Positions 45,501 to 52,665 of a DNA stretch of 64,000 nt are shown here, piece after piece. Positions within the stretch are counted from its first letter, which is position 1. Each line of letters starts with the position of its first letter. Source of the DNA: a virus. Location of the stretch: positions 66,093-130,092 of IMG/VR virus record IMGVR_UViG_3300030333_002570. One strand, given 5' to 3'. A program made the position numbers and the translations under genes. The notes below the pieces were generated by a model. The model ran no database searches, was not told the DNA's origin, and saw only the letters and a list, made by a program, of their open reading frames with translations.

Positions 45501-47357
45501 ACTAACACTCGTGCAGACGCAAGAGTGGCTGCTGCTACTGGTGCAAACTTAGATCTATCAAGTAAGTCTACAACTGACCTTTCTGAAGGAACTAATCAAT
45601 ACTATACAGAAGCAAGAGTTCAAGCAAAACTTGACAATGCTTATGAACAACTAAGAGCAATGTTGAATAACCTTGCTACTGCAACAACACTAAAACTAAA
45701 TCTATCTGGAGATCCAACTCCTGGTGCAGTTGTAACTCTTGGATCTATCTCTAATGGTGGTCTTGGTGGATACACTGCTGGAACAAATGTTGCTACTACA
45801 GGTGGAACTGGATCGTCATTAACAGTTGATACTACAGTAACAAATGGTGCTATAACTGGAATTGCTTTAAACACTGCAGGTACTGGTTATCTTATTGGTG
45901 ATACAATCACAATTACTAACCCTAATCTAGGTGGTGTTAAGACACTTAACCTTGGATCACTATCTAACGGTGTTGGTGGATTTACTTCTGGAACTGCTGT
46001 TGCTACTTCATCCTCTGGATCAGGAACTAATTGCACAGTTGATACAACTGCTGATGGCAACGGTGCTATTACTAACGTAGTAATTAACGCTGCAGGGTCT
46101 GGTTATGCCATTGGAGAGACCTTAACCATTACTAACCCTAACGCAGGTGGTGTAGCAACCGTAGACACGCTTGTAGGTGGCACAGGATATGCTAATGGAA
46201 CTGCTATTGCTACTACAGGTGGTGGAGGATCAAATTTAACACTTGATCTTACAACCTCTAATGGTGTGGTAACTGGAGCAACAATTAATGCTGCTGGTAC
46301 AGGATACGCTGTAGATGACACAATCACTATTGTAAATGCTAATGCAACTGGTATTAGGACTCTTGGTTCTATAGCAACTGCTGGAACAGGATATGCTAAT
46401 GGAACTGCTATTGCTACTTCTGCTTCTGCTTCTGGATCTTCTGCAACTGTTGACATTACAGTTGATGGATCTGGTGCTGTAACAGGTGTCACAATTAATG
46501 ATGATGGAACAAACTATGCTGCTTCTGAAGTATTAACAATTACTAACGCTAATGCATCTGGAGTTAAGACTCTTGGAACTATCTCTGCTGCTGGTACTGG
46601 TTACACTGCTGCAAATGGAGTTGCTACAACTTCATCTGGATCAGGAACAGGATTGACTGTTGACATTACAGTTTCTGCTGGTGGTGTTGCTACTGTCGCA
46701 ATTAATGATGATGGATTAAATTATGCAGCATCTGAAGTAATTACTATCACTAATGCTAATGCAACTGGTGTTAAGACTCTTGGATCAATCACTGCTGCAG
46801 GAACTGGATATACAGAAGGAACTACTACTGGAGTTGCTACAACTTCATCTGGATCAGGAACAGGACTAACAGTCGATGTTACTGCTGATGCATCAGGAAA
46901 TGTCACTGGAGTTGCAATTAATGATGATGGATTGACTTATGCAGCATCTGAAATTATAACTATATCAGGTAGTGGTAATGGTGATGCAACCATAACGGTA
47001 TCTGCTATTCATGGAAATGGAGCACAGATTCCAGTATCCGCTATACATGGTAATGGATGCACAATTCCTGTATCTGCTATTCATGGAAATGGAGCAACAG
47101 TTGATGTTGCTACAATCTATGCTAATGCAACAGTTAATACTTCTACAGTATTCACTAATGCAACCTTTGCACTTGCTGACATCACAACGATGGAAATTGG
47201 TGCAACAGTAACTGGAGCAACCTCTGGTACAACTGGAGTTATAACTGCTATGGATGCGACTTCAGTCACAGTTGATAATGTTGATGGTTTCTACAAAAAA
47301 GGAGAAACCGTTGGTGCTAATGATGTCACTAATCTGACTATAAGTTCATTCGGATAA
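39534..47357 (+). CDS. Long tail-fibre-like protein (2607 aa) with Mtd_N-like N-terminus
   Basis: N-terminus IQLRRGGAQDWANSNPTLAQGELGIELDTGRFKIGDG matches the Mtd N-terminal-type fibre anchor. The rest is G/A/T/N/D-rich beta repeats, a CBM5/12-like insert, EGSTNL repeats and nested GxGY domains. Confidence 0.8.
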   Translation: MANRIQLRRGGAQDWANSNPTLAQGELGIELDTGRFKIGDGVTAWNTLRYERPVESTSNTANTLVQRDADGNFSAGTITSTIIGNSSTASRLASARQITLSDDIVGSGVFDGSANLTISTGLQLISTLPHYDGTAGASATYTKVTVDAKGRITNASTPSTLADYNLNGTVEGSSAQPYDLDLVAIAGLTTTGIIARTSGGAMSTRTITGTATRIGLTNGNGVSGNPTIDLITTAVTAGDYNTESLTSVSGAGSGGEPFGTETVNATKFTVDAYGRLTSATNVPIATAVEGTDAAAYNAATTYSRGDRITNASKLYQAIAGISAGAGAPTHSDTSDAGSWRHLGAVTTKQKGLASFAQEDFDVSAGGHVNIAAAGVDNSQLQNSRISFADGNAKEDFDLDQELTATTGYRGFNKLNYIKINDTSGNLLFGANNTGDSGAGEVDINVRSYFSDPDITLNASTSQTLDKIGDGNLTFQTTQNSSSARSLSILATNSGAGASNIVITAEDKVTITASEGTNGKVQVEDTYFQGDYIASSAATMILDPGDDRATSGKVQIMGDLQVDGTTTTINSTVTTVDDPIITLGGDTAPGSDDNKDRGVEFRYYDASAKIGFFGYDDSAADLGGHTGAFTFLYDATNTSEVFTGTDAGIIAGNLKLTTNTNSTSNTTGDLVVAGGVGIGDDVNIGGLLDVDGTFRANSTSRFDDNIVFQGASKTLELKNGSGTTKTTLHTTTGNAEFGGIVTVTGNTDLNSNLNVASLVHLESTDEPNIALNGGTNLYEIQSSDYGALRVDGGGYVDKDILFNGDIYINGDLNQRDSGTESWGFRNWLQVRYKGRFGSSVAYNPTYATHNTSNLRVYGGAGVAQNLHVGATGSGEGFFVGKKNSGDTVKFSVLGASGDTTIVGDLTVNSAVDFDTTLNVDGAATFQDNVTINADNKMFTIENNSAVDQFTVDTDNGNTYVGGSLTVDDAAELNSTLNVDAGATFQDNVTINADNKFFKVQNNSSVDKFTVDTDNGNTVIAGTLDVTSNVGIDGNFDIATSKFTVAASTGNTVIDGTVDIDEQLTVTSGVTINDANKTFTIQNGAGTPVTKFEVDTDNGNTNIIGTLTVGDATQINDTFGVSGVVTATNNTEQTLTGSYAADGAGRFSGGIGLAKNLAVGGSARIYGNTELTGSLDLNSSADISGALVCNDNVNIKADNKMFTIETAAGVDKFTVDTDNGNTDIRGTLDVGGDITAESNFTVTGNLTVNGTTTQVNSTVTTYDDPIITLGGDTAPGSNDGKDRGVEFRYYDGSAKIGFFGYDRSTSEFAFLTSASNSSEVLTGTDGALRVGSVHVTGAGTSLDVDNNLNVDGTATIDGQITSNLADGTAPFVITSTTKVNNLNVDRLDNMTTASANTASTVVNRDSSGDFAANQITAASAAGAGAGFLGNASSADVWKTARTLTIDGVVDGSVSVTGGADFTVTTTFNDADITALAAMSGTGYVVRTAANTYAQRTLAVTASSGITLTNADGVAGNTTINVASASTNAANNLVIRDGSGDFAANEITSDLVGNLTGATSTAKNLNPAADSTYDLGTNTVRWQTLYADTVNATTYVGSLTGTSSDAAAITVADESADTSCNVVFVTAATGSLPPKTGTNLTFNSSTGNLAATTFTGLVVGDVTGDVTGNADTATLASTVTVADESTDTSCNVLFTTAATGSLGVKSGTNLTFDSANGVLTTTSVTGNLTGNLIATTSTAKNINPASDSAHDLGSNTVRWQNVYADAANITAITGTLTGTASSIANHDTDALSEGSTNLYFTNERVDDRLNDVIVAGTGVTKVYDDAANTYTLSVTQADIDTDNITEGGNNLFFTNERVDDRLNSVIIAGTGVTKVYDDAANTYTLSVTQADVNSDNITEGSTNLFTTAARTRTHFTYGTGITHSTGTLSVTQADINTDNVTEGSTNLFTTAARTRGHFTYGTGITHSSGTLSVTQADINTDNITEGSTNVFFTNTRADARVAAATGANLDLSSKSTTDLSEGTNQYYTEARVQAKLDNAYEQLRAMLNNLATATTLKLNLSGDPTPGAVVTLGSISNGGLGGYTAGTNVATTGGTGSSLTVDTTVTNGAITGIALNTAGTGYLIGDTITITNPNLGGVKTLNLGSLSNGVGGFTSGTAVATSSSGSGTNCTVDTTADGNGAITNVVINAAGSGYAIGETLTITNPNAGGVATVDTLVGGTGYANGTAIATTGGGGSNLTLDLTTSNGVVTGATINAAGTGYAVDDTITIVNANATGIRTLGSIATAGTGYANGTAIATSASASGSSATVDITVDGSGAVTGVTINDDGTNYAASEVLTITNANASGVKTLGTISAAGTGYTAANGVATTSSGSGTGLTVDITVSAGGVATVAINDDGLNYAASEVITITNANATGVKTLGSITAAGTGYTEGTTTGVATTSSGSGTGLTVDVTADASGNVTGVAINDDGLTYAASEIITISGSGNGDATITVSAIHGNGAQIPVSAIHGNGCTIPVSAIHGNGATVDVATIYANATVNTSTVFTNATFALADITTMEIGATVTGATSGTTGVITAMDATSVTVDNVDGFYKKGETVGANDVTNLTISSFG
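42290..43205 (+). repeat. Four ~40-aa coding repeats (TINADNKxFxI...DKFTVDTDNGNT) plus one shortened copy
   Basis: Seen in the translation and as recurring gttgatac-gataa-ggtaa-ac DNA at ~42381, 42561, 42807 and 43170. Confidence 0.85.
44880..45625 (+). repeat. Six EG(S/G)TNL(Y/F)FT-type fibre repeats (two 53-aa units, two 43-aa units, two divergent)
   Basis: Translation shows GTGVTKVYDDAANTYTLSVTQAD twice and NLFTTAARTRxHFTYGTGITHSxGTLSVTQAD twice. Confidence 0.85.
45723..47183 (+). repeat. Six telescopically nested GxGY beta-domains
   Basis: Six ~65-70-aa openers end in TIT(N/I)xN and are followed by six ~11-12-aa closing strands. Three of the closers form a 36-nt tandem repeat at ~46998-47105. 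Confidence 0.8.
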
Positions 47358-47363
47358 TAAGAT

Positions 47364-48170
47364 ATGTCTGCTACTAGACCCGCTTCTAAAACAGAATTAA
47401 GGGATTATGCTCTTCGTAGGTTAGGTTATCCTACGATAGACATCAACGTTGCGACTGAGCAATTAGATGATCTAATAGAAGAAGCAATCGATTACTACCA
47501 AGAATATCATTATAATGGAAGTTATAAAACTTTCATGAGAATTGAAGTAACCGATGCAATTCAAACTGCTGCACAAGCATTTACTCAAGAAGGTTCTACT
47601 GCATGGTATGGTTTAGATAACTATGTTTCTACACCACCAGGAATGTTGGGTGTTAATCATGTTTATACAGGAATCGGTGCATCGAGTATAGTACCAGGCA
47701 ATATATTCAATATCAAATATCAGATCTTCTTGAATGACATCTATGCTATGACGCATGGTCATATCTTACATTATTTCCTTACATCTCAATATCTTGAGAC
47801 TCTTGATTGGGTAACTAACTCACAAGCAAACCGTAGAGTTAAATGGAATGAACATCAAAATAGATTATATCTCGATTTTGATTGGGCAGATTTAAATGCG
47901 GGTGATTATATAATGGTAGATATGCAGATGAGACAAGATCCTGTAACATACACCGATATGTTTAATGACAATTGGTTAAAAGATTATGTTGAAGCCTTGT
48001 TTCAACAGCAATGGGGTCGTAACCTAAGTAAATATGACGGCATTCAAATGTTGGGTGGTGTCACACTTAATGGTAGACAAATTTTAGAGGATGGTTCTAA
48101 ATTCAAGACTGATCTTGAAGAGGAACTTCGTGATCGTTATGAGATTCCACCAATGGACTTAGTGGGGTAA
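47364..48170 (+). CDS. gp13: Neck protein gp13
   Basis: Motifs LRDYALRRLGYPTIDINV and WLKDYVEALFQQQWGRNLSKYDGIQMLGGVTLNG, plus synteny. Confidence 0.92.
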   Translation: MSATRPASKTELRDYALRRLGYPTIDINVATEQLDDLIEEAIDYYQEYHYNGSYKTFMRIEVTDAIQTAAQAFTQEGSTAWYGLDNYVSTPPGMLGVNHVYTGIGASSIVPGNIFNIKYQIFLNDIYAMTHGHILHYFLTSQYLETLDWVTNSQANRRVKWNEHQNRLYLDFDWADLNAGDYIMVDMQMRQDPVTYTDMFNDNWLKDYVEALFQQQWGRNLSKYDGIQMLGGVTLNGRQILEDGSKFKTDLEEELRDRYEIPPMDLVG

Positions 48171-48174
48171 CTAA

Positions 48175-49101
48175 ATGACTTTTAGAAATACACCAGCACA
48201 AGATTACGTTCAATCCGATTATACGTCTTCATCCCGTTTACAAATAAACGGTTCTGCTCAAGAGCAGAAATTCATGGAAAACCTTATCGTAGAAAGCATT
48301 GAAATTTATGGGCAAGACATATATTATGTACCGAGAACTATCGTCAATCGTGACACGGTTTTCGGAGAAGATTCGGACGGTAAGTTCGAGTCTGCAAAAC
48401 CAATCCGAGCCTATGTCAATAATGTCGAAGGATGGGAAGGACAAGGTGAGTTACTTACAAAATTTGGAATACGCATCGAAGATAAAACGACGTTTATCTT
48501 CTCCCGTGAAAAGTTTAAAGAAAAGGTTGACGACTCTACAGTCCTTAATGTTGAAGGAAGACCAAACGAGGGGGATCTAATATGGTTCCCAATAACAAAG
48601 CATTTATTTGAAATACAATTTGTAGAAGTCGAACGTCCTTTCTATCAGTTAGGAAAAGGATACGTTTGGGAATGTCAGTGTGAACTCTTCGAGTACAGTG
48701 ATGAAGAGATCAATACTGGTATTACAGATCTTGATGCTATCGAGACTGCTTTTGCAAATGCTATTACAGTTGGTCTCGTAGCTGGTGGAAGTGGAGATTT
48801 TACTGTTGGAGAAACTGTTACTGGAGGATCATCAAATGTTACGGCTGAGGTTAAGTCTTGGGATTCTGCTACTAGGACTCTCATCGTTATCAATCGTTCT
48901 GGTATCTTTACTATCCCAGAGACAATTACGGGGGGAACCTCTAGTGCCTCTTGGACAACTGCTACATATAATACAATAGATAATAAGGCAGTTACCTATG
49001 ATCAAAATTATGAATTTGAAACTGCTGACGACGATATCATCGATTTCTCCGAATCCAACCCCTTTGGTTCAGTTGGAAACACTACTGACTTGACAATCTA
49101 A
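48175..49101 (+). CDS. gp14: Neck protein gp14
   Basis: Motifs ESIEIYGQDIYYVPR, RPNEGDLIWFP, FYQLGKGYVWECQCELFEYSDE and IIDFSESNPFG. Confidence 0.92.
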   Translation: MTFRNTPAQDYVQSDYTSSSRLQINGSAQEQKFMENLIVESIEIYGQDIYYVPRTIVNRDTVFGEDSDGKFESAKPIRAYVNNVEGWEGQGELLTKFGIRIEDKTTFIFSREKFKEKVDDSTVLNVEGRPNEGDLIWFPITKHLFEIQFVEVERPFYQLGKGYVWECQCELFEYSDEEINTGITDLDAIETAFANAITVGLVAGGSGDFTVGETVTGGSSNVTAEVKSWDSATRTLIVINRSGIFTIPETITGGTSSASWTTATYNTIDNKAVTYDQNYEFETADDDIIDFSESNPFGSVGNTTDLTI

Positions 49102-50132
49102 TGCTAGGAACTTACTCGTATAACGAAATTTTTCGTAAAACTATTATTGCCTTTGGTACTCTATTCAATAATATTGAATTGAGAAGACAAGATGAGGTGA
49201 TGAAAGTCCCACTTGCTTATGGTCCTAAGCAAAAGTTTTTAGCACGTTTAGATCAAAATCCAGATCCAACAAACAAAAGAGTTCAAATTACTCTTCCTAG
49301 AATATCATTTGAAATATCTGGAGTCTCTTATGATTCTACAAGAAAAGTTTCTCCAACTCAAAAGATAAAAATTAAAAAGGATTCTAGCAAGAACTATAAT
49401 ACATTCATGCCAGTACCATATAATCTTGATTTTGAGATGGCAATTATCTCAAAGAATCAGGATGATGGTCTTCAGATTTTAGAACAAATATTACCAAACT
49501 TTCAACCTCATTTTAATCTTTCAGTTAAACTATTATCTAGTATGCAGGAAGTTAAAGATGTTCCTGTAGTTTTAAATAACCTTGATTATGAGGATGACTA
49601 TGAAGGAGATTTTTCTAGTCGTAGAGCAATCATTTATACGTTACAATTTACAGTAAAGACATACTTATACGGACCAATATCCGAGTCTAAGACTATCAGA
49701 AAGGCACAGGTCGATTACTATACATCAACCAATCAAACTTCTGCACCAAGAGAAGTTCGTTATGCTGTTCAACCTCAATCCACTATTGATAGGGATGGAG
49801 TAGTAGTTACACAAACAAGTGCTGCACTTGGATTAACTGCTACATCATTAACTGTTGCTGATGCTTCTAGTATTGCTCAGTGGGATAACATTTACATTGG
49901 TACTGAGACAATGAGAGTATCTAAGAAGGTTTCTAATACTCTTACTGTTATTCGTGGTCATGCTGGAACTACTGCTGCTAGTCATGCATCAGGTGCTAAT
50001 GTGTATAAGATAGATGCTGCAGATGATGCTTTACTTGAGGCAGATGACGACTTTGGATTTAATGAATTAACCAGTGTATTTACTGATATGAAGAAATATA
50101 ATCCTATAAGTGGTAGTGATGAGGCAATCTAA
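49101..50132 (+). CDS. gp15: Tail sheath stabiliser/terminator gp15 with an extra C-terminal inserted domain
   Basis: Motifs IFRKTIIAFGTLFNNI, KVPLAYGPKQKFLARL, LPRISFE, PVPYNL and LEQILPNFQP. Confidence 0.92.
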   Translation: MLGTYSYNEIFRKTIIAFGTLFNNIELRRQDEVMKVPLAYGPKQKFLARLDQNPDPTNKRVQITLPRISFEISGVSYDSTRKVSPTQKIKIKKDSSKNYNTFMPVPYNLDFEMAIISKNQDDGLQILEQILPNFQPHFNLSVKLLSSMQEVKDVPVVLNNLDYEDDYEGDFSSRRAIIYTLQFTVKTYLYGPISESKTIRKAQVDYYTSTNQTSAPREVRYAVQPQSTIDRDGVVVTQTSAALGLTATSLTVADASSIAQWDNIYIGTETMRVSKKVSNTLTVIRGHAGTTAASHASGANVYKIDAADDALLEADDDFGFNELTSVFTDMKKYNPISGSDEAI

Positions 50133-50554
50133 TGAAAGAATTCGACGGTCTTAATAATGCTTTTGGTGCTGAACCGTCAGAGTTACAAAAGCATGTAGAG
50201 AGTGTAAAACCCAGTCTTAAAAAAAGTGAAGAAGGAGATGTAAAGCAAGACTATGAAATGAGTCGTGCTAACTTACATAATCTAGTAATGAAAGGCCAAG
50301 AAGCATTAGATGGTATCATGGATGTTGCACAGAGTAGTGATCATCCTAGAGCATATGAAGTTGCTGCTTTAATGATTAAAAACGTTGCAGATACAACAGA
50401 TAAGTTAATTGATTTGCAACGTAAAATGAAAGAATTAGATGCTGAAGAAAAGAAAGGACCGACAAATGTTACTAATGCAATGTTTGTTGGTAGCACTGCT
50501 GATCTTCAGAAGATGTTAAAAAATATAAATAATAACACAACTGAATCAACATAG
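50132..50554 (+). CDS. gp16: Terminase small subunit gp16
   Basis: Motifs DYEMSRANL, HPRAYEVAA and TNAMFVGSTADLQKML. TAATG overlap with gp15. Confidence 0.9.
   Translation: MKEFDGLNNAFGAEPSELQKHVESVKPSLKKSEEGDVKQDYEMSRANLHNLVMKGQEALDGIMDVAQSSDHPRAYEVAALMIKNVADTTDKLIDLQRKMKELDAEEKKGPTNVTNAMFVGSTADLQKMLKNINNNTTEST
50524..50531 (+). promoter_or_regulatory. Late promoter motif TATAAATA inside the 3' end of gp16
   Basis: Exact T4 late consensus about 31 nt upstream of the ORF at 50563. Confidence 0.6.
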
Positions 50555-50562
50555 ACACGACA

Positions 50563-51096
50563 ATGACAGTTATAAACGTATTAAGTACTAACGCTATTGC
50601 AGCAGATGCGACAGAATATCAAGTTGTAAAGACTGGATTCTATCGTATTGTGGCTACCGCAGGCGATGCTACTGTAGCATTTAATGACGGACCAGCAATT
50701 ACATTGATTGGTGACGAGGCACTTTTAGTTAAAGGTGGTAAACCTGGACATGCTAAAGTAGTTAAGGCAGTAGATGATTCTACAGCAGATTATCAATTAG
50801 GATTACATCTGCATGAAACATCATCACAACATCCTTTCTCTAGTGGCGATTATATCGCTGTTGAAGATGATAGTACTTCACCTGCTATTGATAGCAACTT
50901 CCTTTCTGCAGGCACTGTAGGTAAGAAGATAACAGCAGTTGTAAACAATACGATTTCTACAGATATAAATTCATCAAGTGCTTCTGCTGACTACACATAT
51001 GCATCTGGTCCTCAAGCAGTTGTCAAACGTTGCGTTAAAGTCGCAGTGACTGGCAATGCAATTGTACTAGAGGAGATACAAGTAGTCGGAGGTTAA
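50563..51096 (+). CDS. Hypothetical protein, probably virion-associated and beta-rich
   Basis: 177-aa ORF with phage-like codon use. The HPFSSGDYIAVE motif resembles the small beta-barrel modules in the structural proteins. Confidence 0.75.
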   Translation: MTVINVLSTNAIAADATEYQVVKTGFYRIVATAGDATVAFNDGPAITLIGDEALLVKGGKPGHAKVVKAVDDSTADYQLGLHLHETSSQHPFSSGDYIAVEDDSTSPAIDSNFLSAGTVGKKITAVVNNTISTDINSSSASADYTYASGPQAVVKRCVKVAVTGNAIVLEEIQVVGG

Positions 51097-51097
51097 T

Positions 51098-51760
51098 ATG
51101 CCAGCCGTCAATCAGGAAGCAGAACGTATAGTTCGAGGGATGAAGAACAAAAGTGCTCATCGCTTTAGAAAATTATATGGTAAACGTGACAAAGAAGTCA
51201 TGTATGCTACTGCTAATAAGCTCGCACAGAAGGAACAACTAAAAGTTATGTATTACGCTGATTTCATTAAACTAGTTGAAGGAAATCCCACCACTAGAAT
51301 GTTAACCAAGTCTAAGACAAAAGTGACTGGTCACATAAGTGCTGATAGAGGATCTGATGAAAAGGCGAATCGTACAAAACGCAAGGGTTTAGAAAAAGAT
51401 TTAAAAAAGAAAGGCATCGGATATAAAAAAGGTGTCGGAGAATACAAATACGACGATGGTAAGACAGGAAGAGAAGTATCCTATCAAACTACAAAACCAG
51501 ATAAAATGAGCAAGAGACGTTTCGGAAAATTGACTCGTCGTCTTGGTCGTAAACATGGACAAGAATCTGTAATTACCAAAGACAAAAACAAACCCGCAAA
51601 GTTGCACTATACTGATAAGAGTAAGAAAAAATCTGAGACTGTCGGAAAATCAAAGGCAGGGAAGCACCCAGATAGTTATGGTGAAACTTCAGGAACTAAG
51701 GTAAGAAGTGGAAAACTCCCCAAGAAAACTAACAAAGCAGCCTACCACTACAACAAGTAA
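51098..51760 (+). CDS. Highly basic hypothetical protein with possible DUF3293-like C-terminal part
   Basis: 61 of 220 residues are K or R. The ISADRG...N...L...G.Y...E.S...LGRKHGQESVI pattern recalls DUF3293-like proteins (by eye only). GGAGG SD upstream. Confidence 0.75.
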   Translation: MPAVNQEAERIVRGMKNKSAHRFRKLYGKRDKEVMYATANKLAQKEQLKVMYYADFIKLVEGNPTTRMLTKSKTKVTGHISADRGSDEKANRTKRKGLEKDLKKKGIGYKKGVGEYKYDDGKTGREVSYQTTKPDKMSKRRFGKLTRRLGRKHGQESVITKDKNKPAKLHYTDKSKKKSETVGKSKAGKHPDSYGETSGTKVRSGKLPKKTNKAAYHYNK

Positions 51761-51866
51761 AGATAAAGATAATTTCCAAGAAATATTATTAAGAGAATTA
51801 GATAGACTACAACAAGAGAAACTTTGTAGGAATACTGTCTCTCGTAATATGTTGGATCGGAAATAA
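51708..51866 (+). CDS. Possible 52-aa ORF (GTG start) overlapping the previous gene end
   Basis: VENSPRKLTKQ...NMLDRK* fills an otherwise empty ~105-nt gap. Weak SD and no homology evidence. Confidence 0.3.
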   Translation: MENSPRKLTKQPTTTTSKDKDNFQEILLRELDRLQQEKLCRNTVSRNMLDRK

Positions 51867-51894
51867 ACTTAGGTATCTATACTTACGTCGCACA

Positions 51895-51901
51895 CTAAAT
51901 A
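51895..51901 (+). promoter_or_regulatory. Late-promoter variant CTAAATA upstream of the His-rich ORF/petE/purM cluster
   Basis: Intergenic, 27 nt before the ATG at 51929. The same variant precedes gp19, gp20 and the nuclease. Confidence 0.55.
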
Positions 51902-51928
51902 ATCGAGTACTGTGGAGTTGAAACTATC

Positions 51929-52093
51929 ATGTCCCACTATACCGTCGGTTATCACGACAATCAGAGACATATGCAGGAAATTTGCACATATGCACATGAT
52001 GCATATGAAGCAATCCAAGACGTAAGGGAGGATGTATCGTACATACACGATCATCCTCATTCTATTGACTATGTTTTGCTCGATAGAGCATGA
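51929..52093 (+). CDS. His-rich 54-aa protein (absent from the ORF track)
   Basis: MSHYTVGYHDNQRHMQEICTYAHDAYEAIQDVREDVSYIHDHPHSIDYVLLDRA*. GGAG SD at 51914-51917 and ATGA overlap with petE. Confidence 0.8.
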   Translation: MSHYTVGYHDNQRHMQEICTYAHDAYEAIQDVREDVSYIHDHPHSIDYVLLDRA

Positions 52094-52470
52094 CATACAT
52101 AAAAAAGAATCATCAAATTATTACTATGTGGTTGACAAGGTTTATAGCATGGGTGCTAGTATTTGCATCATTAATAACGGTATCAGGAACAGCATATGCT
52201 GCTGATACTATACAAATGGGTTCAGGAGGAAATCTAATCTTTGAACCTAATGAACTTACAGTTAAAGTAGGTGATACAGTTACATTCGTGAATGGTGAAT
52301 TACCTCCTCACAATGTAGTATTTGCTGATCACGATGAGTTATCTCATCCCGATTTAGCATTTATGAGTGGAGAGCAATTTCCAGTTACATTTAATGAAGC
52401 AGGAGATTTTGAGTTTCAATGTGATCCTCATGCTGGTGCAGGTATGAAAGGAGTAATCCACGTTGAGTAA
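52090..52470 (+). CDS. petE: Plastocyanin (auxiliary metabolic gene)
   Basis: Signal peptide ending AYA. Motifs FEPNELTVKVGDTVTFVN, PPHNVVF and FQCDPHAGAGMKGVIHV give all four type-1 Cu ligands. Alternative start at 52126. Confidence 0.95.
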   Translation: MTYIKKNHQIITMWLTRFIAWVLVFASLITVSGTAYAADTIQMGSGGNLIFEPNELTVKVGDTVTFVNGELPPHNVVFADHDELSHPDLAFMSGEQFPVTFNEAGDFEFQCDPHAGAGMKGVIHVE

Positions 52471-52663
52471 TACATTCACGTTTACTGACGAACAACTATT
52501 GTGTTTACAAGTGTGCTTACAAAATGCACCAACACCATATCATATCTCTAAGAAGAAGATAGTAGGTGACCTTGAGGATATAATAGGTAAACCACCTGTG
52601 GTCAAACATGAACCATTAAGGATGGCAAAGTATGACCTATCAAAGTATGGTATAAATGATTAA
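52463..52663 (+). CDS. Hypothetical protein (66 aa, TTG start)
   Basis: AAGGAG SD upstream. It tiles exactly between petE and purM. Confidence 0.7.
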   Translation: MSNTFTFTDEQLLCLQVCLQNAPTPYHISKKKIVGDLEDIIGKPPVVKHEPLRMAKYDLSKYGIND

Positions 52664-52665
52664 TT

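Noticed and set aside
46998-47105. 36-nt tandem repeats resembling a CRISPR array
   Set aside because: They are in-frame coding repeats with no unique spacers and no cas genes. They encode the closing strands of the nested domains.
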